A stretch of 43,694 nt of DNA. It comes from a virus (taxonomy: Duplodnaviria > Caudoviricetes). Each line of letters opens with the position of its first letter. Within the stretch, counting starts at the first letter, position 1. This document shows positions 19,091 to 27,125 of the stretch, piece after piece. A program made the position numbers and the translations under genes. The stretch is taken from positions 1-43,694 of the IMG/VR virus record IMGVR_UViG_3300032075_000007, one strand, 5' to 3'. A model generated the notes under the pieces. The model was not told the DNA's origin. It saw nothing but the letters and a program-made list of their open reading frames with translations, and did not search any database.

Positions 19091-19168
19091 AGCGTAGCAC
19101 AGCGCAACGCAACACAGCAAAACGCAACAGAGCCCAGCATAGCGTATCGTAGCACAGCACAGCGCAGT
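19091..19168 (-). ncRNA. Pentamer array 1, putative gapped-code guide RNA (GCU/GUU/GAU + NN, 15 NN)
   Basis: Plus strand A(G/A/T)C-NN with strict 5-nt period, starting at the RAMP stop codon; NN match 20415-20459 with every third base skipped. Confidence 0.75.
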
Positions 19169-19735
19169 TTACAGAGGCATGCTCTGGTACCGTCCGAAAC
19201 GTGGACGACTTTCCAGCAAGCCAATGGTATGCCCGCCAATGGCCACAAAGGCGTCAATATCCGAGCTGTTCAACAGTTCATCGTTGAAGGCAATACAGAT
19301 CTGGACCGACCAGGGGAAAAAGACGGGGCGTGTCCGCATAACACGCGATCGTTCTACCACCATGGGCGTACGATCACGAAATCGTTCATCGTTCCACAAT
19401 TCCATAGGATCCGTTGGGCCATCATAGGTCAGGCGAAAATTGGTCTCGCACACCAATCCCGCCTTAGCTTTGGGGCCTTTCTTCAGGGTTTTTGCCGCAT
19501 TGATCAACGTCGCCTGCATGCCGCTCGCAGGAATGCACGGTTGTCCCTCATCCAAGTAGAGCGATCCCAGCCATTCCAGACGAGCGATTTCTTCATGATC
19601 GGCTTCGGTCTTCATGCGTTTCCCCGAAATAGCCTTAATGGCTTTCGTCCAACGGTTCAACGGGTCGGCGAGTTGTCCACAATGCATCATAAGGGGCACT
19701 ACGCCGGTCAAGTGATATCCGCGTGTTTGTTTCAA
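19169..19735 (-). CDS. Stand-alone RAMP/Cas7-like RNA-binding protein
   Basis: GAGGTG RBS, TTG start; LTGVVPLMMH, CIPASGMQATLINAA, MRTRPVFFPWS, Gly-rich loop GGHTIGLLESRPRFGRY. Confidence 0.7.
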   Translation of the reverse strand: MKQTRGYHLTGVVPLMMHCGQLADPLNRWTKAIKAISGKRMKTEADHEEIARLEWLGSLYLDEGQPCIPASGMQATLINAAKTLKKGPKAKAGLVCETNFRLTYDGPTDPMELWNDERFRDRTPMVVERSRVMRTRPVFFPWSVQICIAFNDELLNSSDIDAFVAIGGHTIGLLESRPRFGRYQSMPL

Positions 19736-20042
19736 GCGTCACCTCGATATACGTGGTGGTTAGTAACACGGCAGGCCGTACGGACAGGTTCTGGAGTGGA
19801 GGCAGTGCCCGACCAGCAAACCGCAGTCGGCGTTGATGGTCTGTCACCACAACATGACAGGGCTGACACAGAGTTGTCAGATCGTCCAGGGATTCCTGGC
19901 CAAAGTGGAGATAGGTCCGGTGATGGCACTCAAGCGCATCCGGGCTATTACAAAGGCGACAACGAAAATTGTCGCGCTGGAAACAGGCCAGACGCATGGC
20001 CTGCCAATAGGGGCTTTGATAATGCGAGGCATCGAGGGGCAT
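19635..20042 (-). CDS. Small HNH endonuclease within the cassette
   Basis: RDNFRCRLC...LECHHRTY..GQE..DDLTTLCQPCH; 3' end overlaps RAMP start by about 100 nt. Confidence 0.85.
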   Translation of the reverse strand: MPLDASHYQSPYWQAMRLACFQRDNFRCRLCNSPDALECHHRTYLHFGQESLDDLTTLCQPCHVVVTDHQRRLRFAGRALPPLQNLSVRPAVLLTTTYIEVTLETNTRISLDRRSAPYDALWTTRRPVEPLDESH

Positions 20043-20058
20043 AGGGGCCTTTCTCGAA

Positions 20059-20141
20059 AGCAAAGCTGAGCCGAGCTCAGCTCAGCCGAACCGAACGCAG
20101 CATAGCTCATCGCAGCCGAGCACAGCAGAGCTCAGCATAGC
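20059..20141 (-). ncRNA. Pentamer array 2, putative guide RNA (16 NN)
   Basis: 17 A(G/A/T)C trimers at exact 5-nt spacing, starting at the RHH stop codon. Confidence 0.7.
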
Positions 20142-20276
20142 TTAAGACTTCTGCTGCTGGAGGTACGCATCAATGGCCCGGCGCAAGACCTCGGAAAAAG
20201 AGAGGCCGAGCTTCTTTGCCAGGGCAGTTATGGCCTGAAATTGTGGGACACTGAGCATCACTGATATGCGCTTCAT
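20142..20276 (-). CDS. Ribbon-helix-helix (CopG-like) regulator, 44 aa (not in ORF track)
   Basis: MKRISVMLSVPQFQAITALAKKLGLSFSEVLRRAIDAYLQQQKS. Confidence 0.85.
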   Translation of the reverse strand: MKRISVMLSVPQFQAITALAKKLGLSFSEVLRRAIDAYLQQQKS

Positions 20277-20312
20277 ATGCTAATCATACAGCATATGGGC
20301 ATACCTTGTCAA
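20274..20312 (-). promoter_or_regulatory. Cassette promoter (probably leaderless) with inverted-repeat operator
   Basis: TTGACA 20312-20307, 18 bp, TATGAT 20288-20283, ATG 6 nt later; CATATGC-10nt-GCATATG spans the -10. Confidence 0.7.
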
Positions 20313-20342
20313 CGATGAGTTTAGGCTATACGGATATATACT

Positions 20343-20999
20343 ATGCCTACTCAAGCTATATCAGCATTCGGCATCGCGTTACGGTTAGGGGATGGTATCC
20401 CGGCTGTTTTGAATATTACTTCTGCGACTAATACTAGTCCAATTGTCGTCACCACCGCCGCCGTGCACGGCATTGTGGATGTCTCCAAAGTCACCGTCAC
20501 GAGCGTTGCCGGCAATACGGGCGCCAACGGTACCTGGATTGCCGAGGCCGTCACGCCTACGACTGCCCGCCTGCGCGGCTCGGTGGGCAATGGCGCGTAC
20601 ACGTCGGGTGGGGTCTTTACCTTAGATAGTACCTATGCAACCATTGCCGAGGTGACGGATATCCAGGACGCGGGCATCATGGCGTCGGTCATTAACGTAA
20701 GTGCGCATGACGGCATAGGGGGATGGGGGTCACAAATCCCGACCATGCTCTCCAATAACAGTATGCGGCTCGTCCTCAACCACGTCCCCGACCATGCCAC
20801 GCATGATGAAGTGACCGGCTTACTCTACTTGATGGAAAACCGCATACGCCGGCCCTATCTCCTCGTATTGCCTAATGCTACTAAGACAACATGGTGGATG
20901 TCGGGGTGGGTCACTGGTTGGCGTGATCAGGCCCCGGTCGCCGGGGCCCTGACGGGACAAGTCACATTTGAATTTGATGGAGCACCGATTTTGGCCTAG
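20343..20999 (+). CDS. Tail tube-like protein with inserted FCCH-like beta domain
   Basis: IAEVTDIQ..INVSAHDG..W.SQIPTML..FEFDGAP matches the 21839 gene; insert ITSATNTSPIVVTTAAVHG...GNTGANGTW. Confidence 0.75.
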   Translation: MPTQAISAFGIALRLGDGIPAVLNITSATNTSPIVVTTAAVHGIVDVSKVTVTSVAGNTGANGTWIAEAVTPTTARLRGSVGNGAYTSGGVFTLDSTYATIAEVTDIQDAGIMASVINVSAHDGIGGWGSQIPTMLSNNSMRLVLNHVPDHATHDEVTGLLYLMENRIRRPYLLVLPNATKTTWWMSGWVTGWRDQAPVAGALTGQVTFEFDGAPILA

Positions 21000-21676
21000 C
21001 CCCGCTTGGCATATGGTTTAGCTGGGGCCACTGTCAATAGCAAAGGTTGTACGGGAACGAGAGGCGCCTTCGCATGTTTCTTGGAGTTGCAGGATTGACA
21101 GGCAGGAACCACATTCGCCAGCGTGTGCGAGCCGCCCTTACTGAGTGGGGTAATGTGGTCTTGGGTCAGTCGTTTCATCTTGCGATGGCAATAGACGCAC
21201 CGATGCCCGTAGGCGGTCTTGATTTCTTCCCACTGCGCGGCGGTCAAGTCGTTGAGGGGAGCCTCAGTACGGGCGACACGTCGGCGCTCGGTCTTTTCTT
21301 GTATCCATTCAGGATGTTGCGCGTACCAGTCGGCATGCTTTTGGCGCATAGCCATACGGTGCGCCGCATAGTATGCCGCACTCTGGGCATTCATCAAGGC
21401 TTTGTTTTGTACGTAGCGGGTCTTATTGCGTATCTGTTTCTCCGCTTTGTGCGTCTCATCGTAGGCTTGCCGTTTTTCAGGGTTTTCGCGTTGCCAGCGT
21501 GCGACCGCTGCGCGTACCTTGTCGCCATTGTGTGCACGATACTGCGCACTTTCTTGACGTTTACACAGAATACAGCGCGTAGCTTTGCCGTCGCTGGTGT
21601 ACTTGTCGGTACCAAATTCATCGAGCGGTTTCAGCAGATTGCATCCACGACAGACTTTTTTTGCAGGGGTTTCCAT
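20996..21676 (-). CDS. HNH homing endonuclease 2
   Basis: KVCRGC..KPLDEF..CILC; YGHRCVYC..LTQDHITPLSKGGSHTLANVVPACQSCNSKK; AGAAGG RBS favours ATG 21676. Confidence 0.9.
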   Translation of the reverse strand: METPAKKVCRGCNLLKPLDEFGTDKYTSDGKATRCILCKRQESAQYRAHNGDKVRAAVARWQRENPEKRQAYDETHKAEKQIRNKTRYVQNKALMNAQSAAYYAAHRMAMRQKHADWYAQHPEWIQEKTERRRVARTEAPLNDLTAAQWEEIKTAYGHRCVYCHRKMKRLTQDHITPLSKGGSHTLANVVPACQSCNSKKHAKAPLVPVQPLLLTVAPAKPYAKRG

Positions 21677-21784
21677 GGGCACCTTCTAACTAAGGTTGAG
21701 GTGAGTACCTGGCTCCCCACTGAGTTAGCAGCAGAGACTTGATCGAACGCTAGCAAGGCGATCACCAAGTACCCGCTGAGTATA
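21677..21784 (-). promoter_or_regulatory. TATACT -10 and structured leader of HNH2
   Basis: -10 21779-21784; P1 GGGUACUUGG/CCAGGUACUC; loop CUAACU complementary to AGUUAG in the RBS hairpin. Confidence 0.6.
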
Positions 21785-21838
21785 GCCTAGTAGCGCAGAT
21801 AAAGATAGGACATTATCTTAGTATAGAAAGGATTAATT

Positions 21839-22240
21839 GTGCCCACTCAGGCAATTGCGGCTACTGGTCTTGTTATGACTATGGCTGGGACGCCTATCCC
21901 AGAAATAACTAACGTGTCGGAAATCGGGGCTCAGTTCAATGTGGTCGATGTCTCGAGTCATGATGGGGGCGATTGGGCGTCCAAAATCCCCACCTTGCTC
22001 GATGGGGGCACGATTCGCGTCTCCGCCAACTTTGTCCCCGCGAATGCGCAGCATGTCGCCTTACGCACGGCGATGATTAACCGCGCCTCGACGGTCTTTA
22101 CCGTGGTCTTTCCGAATACCGGCGCCACGACCTGGACCTTTAACGCGTTTGTGACGCGCTACCGGGTACCGTCCGCACCGGTCAATGGCGCGCTGCCCTT
22201 GGAATTTGAGCTGACAGTTGACGGGGCCGTAACTTTTTAA
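21839..22240 (+). CDS. Major tail tube protein
   Basis: VDVSSHD..W.SKIPTLLDGG..F.AFVT...LTVDGA; precedes chaperones. Confidence 0.85.
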   Translation: MPTQAIAATGLVMTMAGTPIPEITNVSEIGAQFNVVDVSSHDGGDWASKIPTLLDGGTIRVSANFVPANAQHVALRTAMINRASTVFTVVFPNTGATTWTFNAFVTRYRVPSAPVNGALPLEFELTVDGAVTF

Positions 22241-22267
22241 AGGTGACGTTCGTAGGAAGTCCCATGC

Positions 22268-22606
22268 ATGAGCATTGATGTCCACATCACGCTGACCGCC
22301 CATGTCCCCGAACTCATGACGCTAGGAGAACTCCTTGTGGCAGAACTGAGCGGAATTCACGACGCCTTAACCGCCCTCGGCACCAATCAGGCCGACGGGC
22401 AAGCGGCGCTCTCGGCCCACTTGACCGCGATTGAAGAAGAGATCCGGCAATTGGGGGAGTCGCCGAGTCAGGCAGACTTGGATGCCATCGCCAATCAAAT
22501 TCATGAGGCGGCCGGCGTCTCGGCGAAAGCCGCCGAGGACCTCCGGCAGATGACGGAGCAGGTGAAGGGCATGGTCCCTGATGCCCCCGCCCCGCCGCCG
22601 GCGTAG
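22268..22606 (+). CDS. Hypothetical coiled-coil protein (may start at GTG 22337)
   Basis: GC3-rich helical ORF; AGGAG before 22337. Confidence 0.6.
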   Translation: MSIDVHITLTAHVPELMTLGELLVAELSGIHDALTALGTNQADGQAALSAHLTAIEEEIRQLGESPSQADLDAIANQIHEAAGVSAKAAEDLRQMTEQVKGMVPDAPAPPPA

Positions 22607-22615
22607 GAGGGAAGG

Positions 22616-23092
22616 ATGCCGTCTCTTGTTGCCCTCGTGCCCGTTGAGTTGGATAAGCTACGCCAGCTGCTCTTTACGCGGGCGGCGGTCAAGGCCATTG
22701 AATTAACCCTCACACGCATCTGGGGGCGGGATTATACGTTCTTTGAGGCAGTACGGCGGCTCAGTGAAATGCTCCTCGATAACGACCTGAGCAAGCTCTC
22801 GTTTGTGAATATCAGCGTGCTCGTGTGGCAAGGTTGCCTGCATGAAGACCCGACGTTGACGCTCGCGCAGGTCGAAGAGGCTCTGCCCTATGCCGATCCT
22901 ACGGGGCTCATTCCCTATGCGGGGCTGATTCTTCAGGCGTGGAGCAATGCGAGCCCGCAGGTGGCCGTGGATGCCGTTGGGGTCGAGGCAGAGGCGACAG
23001 ACAGTGACCCTTTGGGCGGATCGACTGGGGCAAGCTCTGGGCCTTTGAACGGACCTGTCTTGGCGTCAGCGACGGCGAGTTCTGGAGCATGA
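22616..23092 (+). CDS. Tail assembly chaperone (G-like)
   Basis: Between tail tube and tape measure; contains slippery site. Confidence 0.75.
   Translation: MPSLVALVPVELDKLRQLLFTRAAVKAIELTLTRIWGRDYTFFEAVRRLSEMLLDNDLSKLSFVNISVLVWQGCLHEDPTLTLAQVEEALPYADPTGLIPYAGLILQAWSNASPQVAVDAVGVEAEATDSDPLGGSTGASSGPLNGPVLASATASSGA
23008..23014 (+). other. Programmed -1 frameshift site C-CCT-TTG giving a G-T fusion
   Basis: XXXYYYZ heptamer in correct phase; -1 frame open as GRIDWGKLWAFERTCLGVSDGEFWSMTF into 23089-23364. Confidence 0.75.
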
Positions 23093-23364
23093 CGTTCCTC
23101 GAAGGGCATCTGCTGGCCGAGGCGTACTGGCAGCAGCAGCAACGGCACGTGCGCCCCATGGCGCTGCTCCTCCAGGCGTACTGGAACGTGCACCGGGATA
23201 CCGATCAGCGCCGCGACCCGTTTACGCTGGACGACATGCTGGCGGTGCTCGGGTATCCCGAGCCACCCGCGTCGCCTCCACCGCCTCCTCGGCTGGAGGA
23301 CATGCAGGAGCGGATCGCCATACTGCATAGCTTGTATACGGCCAATGGAGAAAGAAAGGTCTAG
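23011..23364 (+). CDS. Tail assembly chaperone T segment
   Basis: LGVSDGEFWSMTF motif lies upstream of the first ATG (23089), consistent with frameshift expression. Confidence 0.7.
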   Translation, partial: FGRIDWGKLWAFERTCLGVSDGEFWSMTFLEGHLLAEAYWQQQQRHVRPMALLLQAYWNVHRDTDQRRDPFTLDDMLAVLGYPEPPASPPPPPRLEDMQERIAILHSLYTANGERKV

Positions 23365-23366
23365 TT

Positions 23367-26300
23367 GTGGCAGAGATCACCGTCGGCGATGTGGTGGCAC
23401 GCCTCCGGCTTGATGCGAGCGGCTTTGACCAAGCGCTGACGCAGGCCCAGCAGCGGCTCACGCAGCTCACCCAGACGATGGGGCAGGTGCAGCAGCAGCA
23501 GCAAGGCGGCCAGCAATCGACGGCGCAACTCTCCCAAGCCTACCTCGCGCTCGCCCAGAGTATTACCGAGCAAACCCAGGCCTACAGCCAAGCCCAAAGC
23601 GCCGCGCTCCAGTACAAGCAGGCCCAAGATCAAGTGCGGGAAGCCACCCGCCAACAGCAAGTGGCGACCCGGGCGGCGGCCACGGACGCGCAGCAAGCCT
23701 CGCAGGAAGTTGTGGCGGCGGCGGGGCGGGCCGCCCAAGCCCAACAGGCGGTCGTGCAGCAACAACAAGCCGGCGCGCGGACGGCGGCGACGGAAGCCCG
23801 GCAGGCGGCCCAAGACGTGGCGGCGGTGGCGCAGCGTGCGGCCCAAGCCCAAGAAGCGGCAGTTCGGCAACAACAAGTGGCAGCCCGCCAAGCAGCGCAG
23901 GAGGCGCGGCAGTCGGCGCAAGAAGTCGCGGCGGCGGCCCAGCGGGTAGCGCAAGTCCAACAAGCCGCGATGCAGCAACAGCAAGTGGCCTCCCGTCAAG
24001 CAGCCCAAGAGGCACGCCAGGCCGCCCAAGAAGTCGCGGCGGCGGCCCAACGTGCGGCGCAAGCCCAACAAGCCGCGGTGCAGCAACAGCAAGTCGGTGC
24101 GCGCCAAGCGGCCCAGGAGGCGCGGCAGCTCGCCCAAGAGACCGCGCGGGTCCAACGGGAAGCGGCCCAAGACGCGGCGCAGGGCGCGGGACGCCTGGGC
24201 GCGGCCCTGAGTACGGCGCTCAGTGTGGCCGGCGGGATCGGCATTGCCACGAGTCTGGGCGCCATTATCGGCCAGATGAAAGAGTTGGCGACGAGTATCG
24301 TCGCCGTCGGCATCCAATTCCAGCAACTGCGGCAACAATTTACCGCGATCCAGGGCGTGAACGCCGGCGCGGCGGCCTTCCAGCAGATGATCAACTTGGC
24401 GCAGCGACTGGGGATTGAAGTCCTCCCGCTCGCCGAAAACTTCCGGCGCTTTGACGCCGCGACCCGTGGCACGGCCATCCAGGGTGATCAGGCCGCCCGC
24501 ATCTTTGAAAACATGGTGGTGGGGATGCGGGCCATGGGCGCGAGCTCGCAGCAGACCGAGCGCGGCCTCCTCGCCCTCCAGCAGATGGTGTCCAAAGGCG
24601 TCGTGTCGCAAGAGGAACTCCGCCAACAGCTGGCGGAGGCCATTCCGGGCGCCACGCAGATTGCGGCGCGGGCGTTTGGCGTGACGACGCAAGAACTGAA
24701 TAAGCTGATTGAGAAGGGCGTCGACAGTATTGAGTTTGTCCGGCGCTTCAGCGATCAATTCCGCACGGAGTTCGGCGGGACGGTGGCGACCGCCACGGAT
24801 ACTGCGGCCGCCGCGTTTCAGCGTTTGAGCAACGAGCTCAAGCTCGCCGGGGAAACCATTGCCGCCTCCGGCCTCCTCGACATGCTCCGGAGTCTGGCGG
24901 AGGCCGCCACGACGCTGCTCGCTACCTTGCGGAAGGTCCAAGAAGAGCGCAGCCGGGAAGCGGGTCCTCCGGTGGGGGCGCTCCCCCAAGGCGGCGTCGG
25001 GTTGCCGGCCGCGATTCGGGAGCGCCAGGCCGAGTTGCAGCGCTTGCAGGCGCAGATTACGGGCGCCCAGGCGTCGCAATTGGTCGAGGGCATGTTGCCC
25101 GGCTTTGCGGGACCGATTACGGCGGAGGAGCGGCGGGCCATTCGGGAGCGCCTCCAAGCGCTCCAGGCCGAACAACGCAAGGCGCTGACCGAGTTTCAAC
25201 GCCAGATCCAAGCAGAAGGCTTTGGGCCGGGCGGGCAAGTCGGCTTTGGGGTCGAGATTCCAGCGGGCGAGCGGCCACTCCAAGCGACGGAAGACCGCTT
25301 AGCGAAAATCCTCGAACAAGGGCGCCAGCAACTCCGCGATATTGACCTGAACGCGCCGTTTCTCTCCGCGCTGGACGTAGCGGACCAGAAATTCAAAGCC
25401 TGGGAAAAGACGCTCAAGGCCGTGCAGGAGGAAATCGGCAAACTCGGGGAAGGGCTGCGCCGCACAATCACGCCGAGTGGGGCGCCCAACTCGCTCGACG
25501 CGCTGATTGAGCGGATCGCCGGCGAAAAAGGGCTCGATCCGACCCTCATGCGCGCCTTAGTCGCGCAGGAATCCGGCTTTGATCCGCGTGCGGTCTCCCG
25601 GGCGGGCGCGCGGGGACTCATGCAACTGATGCCGGGCACCGCCGCCGCCTATGGCGCCGGGGGTCGGGAGTTCGATCCCGAAACGAATCTGCGCGCCGGC
25701 ATGACGTATTTTGCCGAACTCCTCCAGAAATTTAACGGCAACGTCGAGCGCGCCCTCACCGCCTATAATGCGGGCCCCGCCCGCGGAGGCATTCCGCTCC
25801 CGACCGGGGAAAACGCGACCTTTGCGCAGGATGTCCTCCGGCGCATGCCGCAGACCATCCAGGGCATGCTCGATGCCGCTGGCCGCCAGCAGCGGGCGTT
25901 GGAAGCGGGGCAAGAGGCGCAGACGCCCGACCGTGAGCGCATGCAGCAAACCATGGCGACGGGCCGCGAGGTCCTCCGGGCCATTGACGAGGAAGAGCGC
26001 CAGCAAGACGTGGACGCGCGGGAACGGCGGCAGCAGGCCATGGCGACGGGCCGCGAATATCTCCGCGCCCTCGATGAGGAAATGCGCAAGCGGGACCAGG
26101 CCGTCGAGAGTCTCAAGCGCTTGGAGCAGCAATACTCGCTCACGGCGGACGCCCGCAAGGAAAGCGAAGCGGCGCGCCTGGCAGCCCAGTTTCCCCAGGA
26201 TGAAGAAATCCAAACACGGGCAGAAAATGTCCGACTGCTCATCGAAGAAAAGCAAGCGATGGAGAGCAGTTTTGCGGTCATCAAGGCTCGCACCGATGCG

Positions 26301-27125
26301 CAGCGTCAGGCGCAAGAGACCGCCGACGCCATGACGCAGAGCATTGAGGGGACGCTGGAACGCCTCCAGGCGCCGCGCGAGGAACGCACGGAACTGCGGT
26401 TGCGGGCACAAGCCCGGCGCCAGGGCGTCGACTTGACCCCCGATGACGAAGCGCGGCTGCGCGCCATTACCGCACAAGAACGCTTTAACGAGATCATGCA
26501 GGTCACGGAGCGGATTGGCGATACCGCCGCGCAGACCATCACGCAGGGACTCCTCAGCATTGTTGACGGGACCGAGCGCGTGAGCGATGCCTTCCGCCTC
26601 ATGGCGAAAAGTATTCTCGACTCGGTTGCCCAGATTGCCCTCAACGAGGGCTTTAAGCTGCTCATTCAGGTGGGCATTCGGGCGATTGGCGCGGCATTCG
26701 CGCCGGGGGCGATCGGCGGCGCTACGGGTGGGGGCCTCTCCTTTGGCGGGGGCGGAGGTGGGAGCGGGTTCCTTGGCGGGGGGACGGTGGGCGGAGAGAG
26801 CTTCATCACGGCGCAAGGTGGGGCGATTGTCAACAAGCCCACGGCCATCCTGGCGGGGGAAAACCCGGCCATGAATCCCGAGTACGTGCTCAATCGGCCG
26901 CAGATGCAAGCACTCATGAGTGGGGCCATGCGGGCGGCGCCTACGGCCGGTGGGCAGGCCATGGGGGGCGTCACGGTGATTAACGTGGCCAATCGCGAAC
27001 AAGCGGCGCAAGAGGCCGCGCGGGAACGGGCGCTGGGCAAAGCCGTCATTATCAACGAGGTTCTCAATGAAATAAGTCAAGGGTCAGGTTCGCGCATTGC
27101 GCGGACGTTACAGGCGCTGCGTTAA
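23367..27125 (+). CDS. Tape measure protein with lytic transglycosylase (SLT) domain
   Basis: 1252 aa; LALQQMVSKGVVSQEELRQQLAEAIPGA; SLT AQESGFDPRAVS.AGARGLMQLMP..AYNAGP; about five 36-aa A/Q repeats. Confidence 0.95.
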   Translation: MAEITVGDVVARLRLDASGFDQALTQAQQRLTQLTQTMGQVQQQQQGGQQSTAQLSQAYLALAQSITEQTQAYSQAQSAALQYKQAQDQVREATRQQQVATRAAATDAQQASQEVVAAAGRAAQAQQAVVQQQQAGARTAATEARQAAQDVAAVAQRAAQAQEAAVRQQQVAARQAAQEARQSAQEVAAAAQRVAQVQQAAMQQQQVASRQAAQEARQAAQEVAAAAQRAAQAQQAAVQQQQVGARQAAQEARQLAQETARVQREAAQDAAQGAGRLGAALSTALSVAGGIGIATSLGAIIGQMKELATSIVAVGIQFQQLRQQFTAIQGVNAGAAAFQQMINLAQRLGIEVLPLAENFRRFDAATRGTAIQGDQAARIFENMVVGMRAMGASSQQTERGLLALQQMVSKGVVSQEELRQQLAEAIPGATQIAARAFGVTTQELNKLIEKGVDSIEFVRRFSDQFRTEFGGTVATATDTAAAAFQRLSNELKLAGETIAASGLLDMLRSLAEAATTLLATLRKVQEERSREAGPPVGALPQGGVGLPAAIRERQAELQRLQAQITGAQASQLVEGMLPGFAGPITAEERRAIRERLQALQAEQRKALTEFQRQIQAEGFGPGGQVGFGVEIPAGERPLQATEDRLAKILEQGRQQLRDIDLNAPFLSALDVADQKFKAWEKTLKAVQEEIGKLGEGLRRTITPSGAPNSLDALIERIAGEKGLDPTLMRALVAQESGFDPRAVSRAGARGLMQLMPGTAAAYGAGGREFDPETNLRAGMTYFAELLQKFNGNVERALTAYNAGPARGGIPLPTGENATFAQDVLRRMPQTIQGMLDAAGRQQRALEAGQEAQTPDRERMQQTMATGREVLRAIDEEERQQDVDARERRQQAMATGREYLRALDEEMRKRDQAVESLKRLEQQYSLTADARKESEAARLAAQFPQDEEIQTRAENVRLLIEEKQAMESSFAVIKARTDAQRQAQETADAMTQSIEGTLERLQAPREERTELRLRAQARRQGVDLTPDDEARLRAITAQERFNEIMQVTERIGDTAAQTITQGLLSIVDGTERVSDAFRLMAKSILDSVAQIALNEGFKLLIQVGIRAIGAAFAPGAIGGATGGGLSFGGGGGGSGFLGGGTVGGESFITAQGGAIVNKPTAILAGENPAMNPEYVLNRPQMQALMSGAMRAAPTAGGQAMGGVTVINVANREQAAQEAARERALGKAVIINEVLNEISQGSGSRIARTLQALR

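Larger units (their letters stand above)
19040..20342 (-). mobile_element. Inserted cassette: RHH - pentamer array - HNH - RAMP/Cas7-like - pentamer array - terminator
   Basis: Antisense operon with own promoter and terminator, flanked by duplicated MPTQAI starts. Confidence 0.8.

Noticed and set aside
19022-20044. 340-aa plus-strand ORF starting MPTQAI
   Set aside because: Only the first 6 codons match the tail tube; the rest is the antisense shadow of the terminator, array, RAMP and HNH.
19091-20141. Pentamer arrays as CRISPR arrays or simple microsatellites
   Set aside because: No 25-45 nt repeats or spacers and no cas1/cas2. The NN vary unit to unit and decode to a neighbouring gene, unlike slippage repeats.
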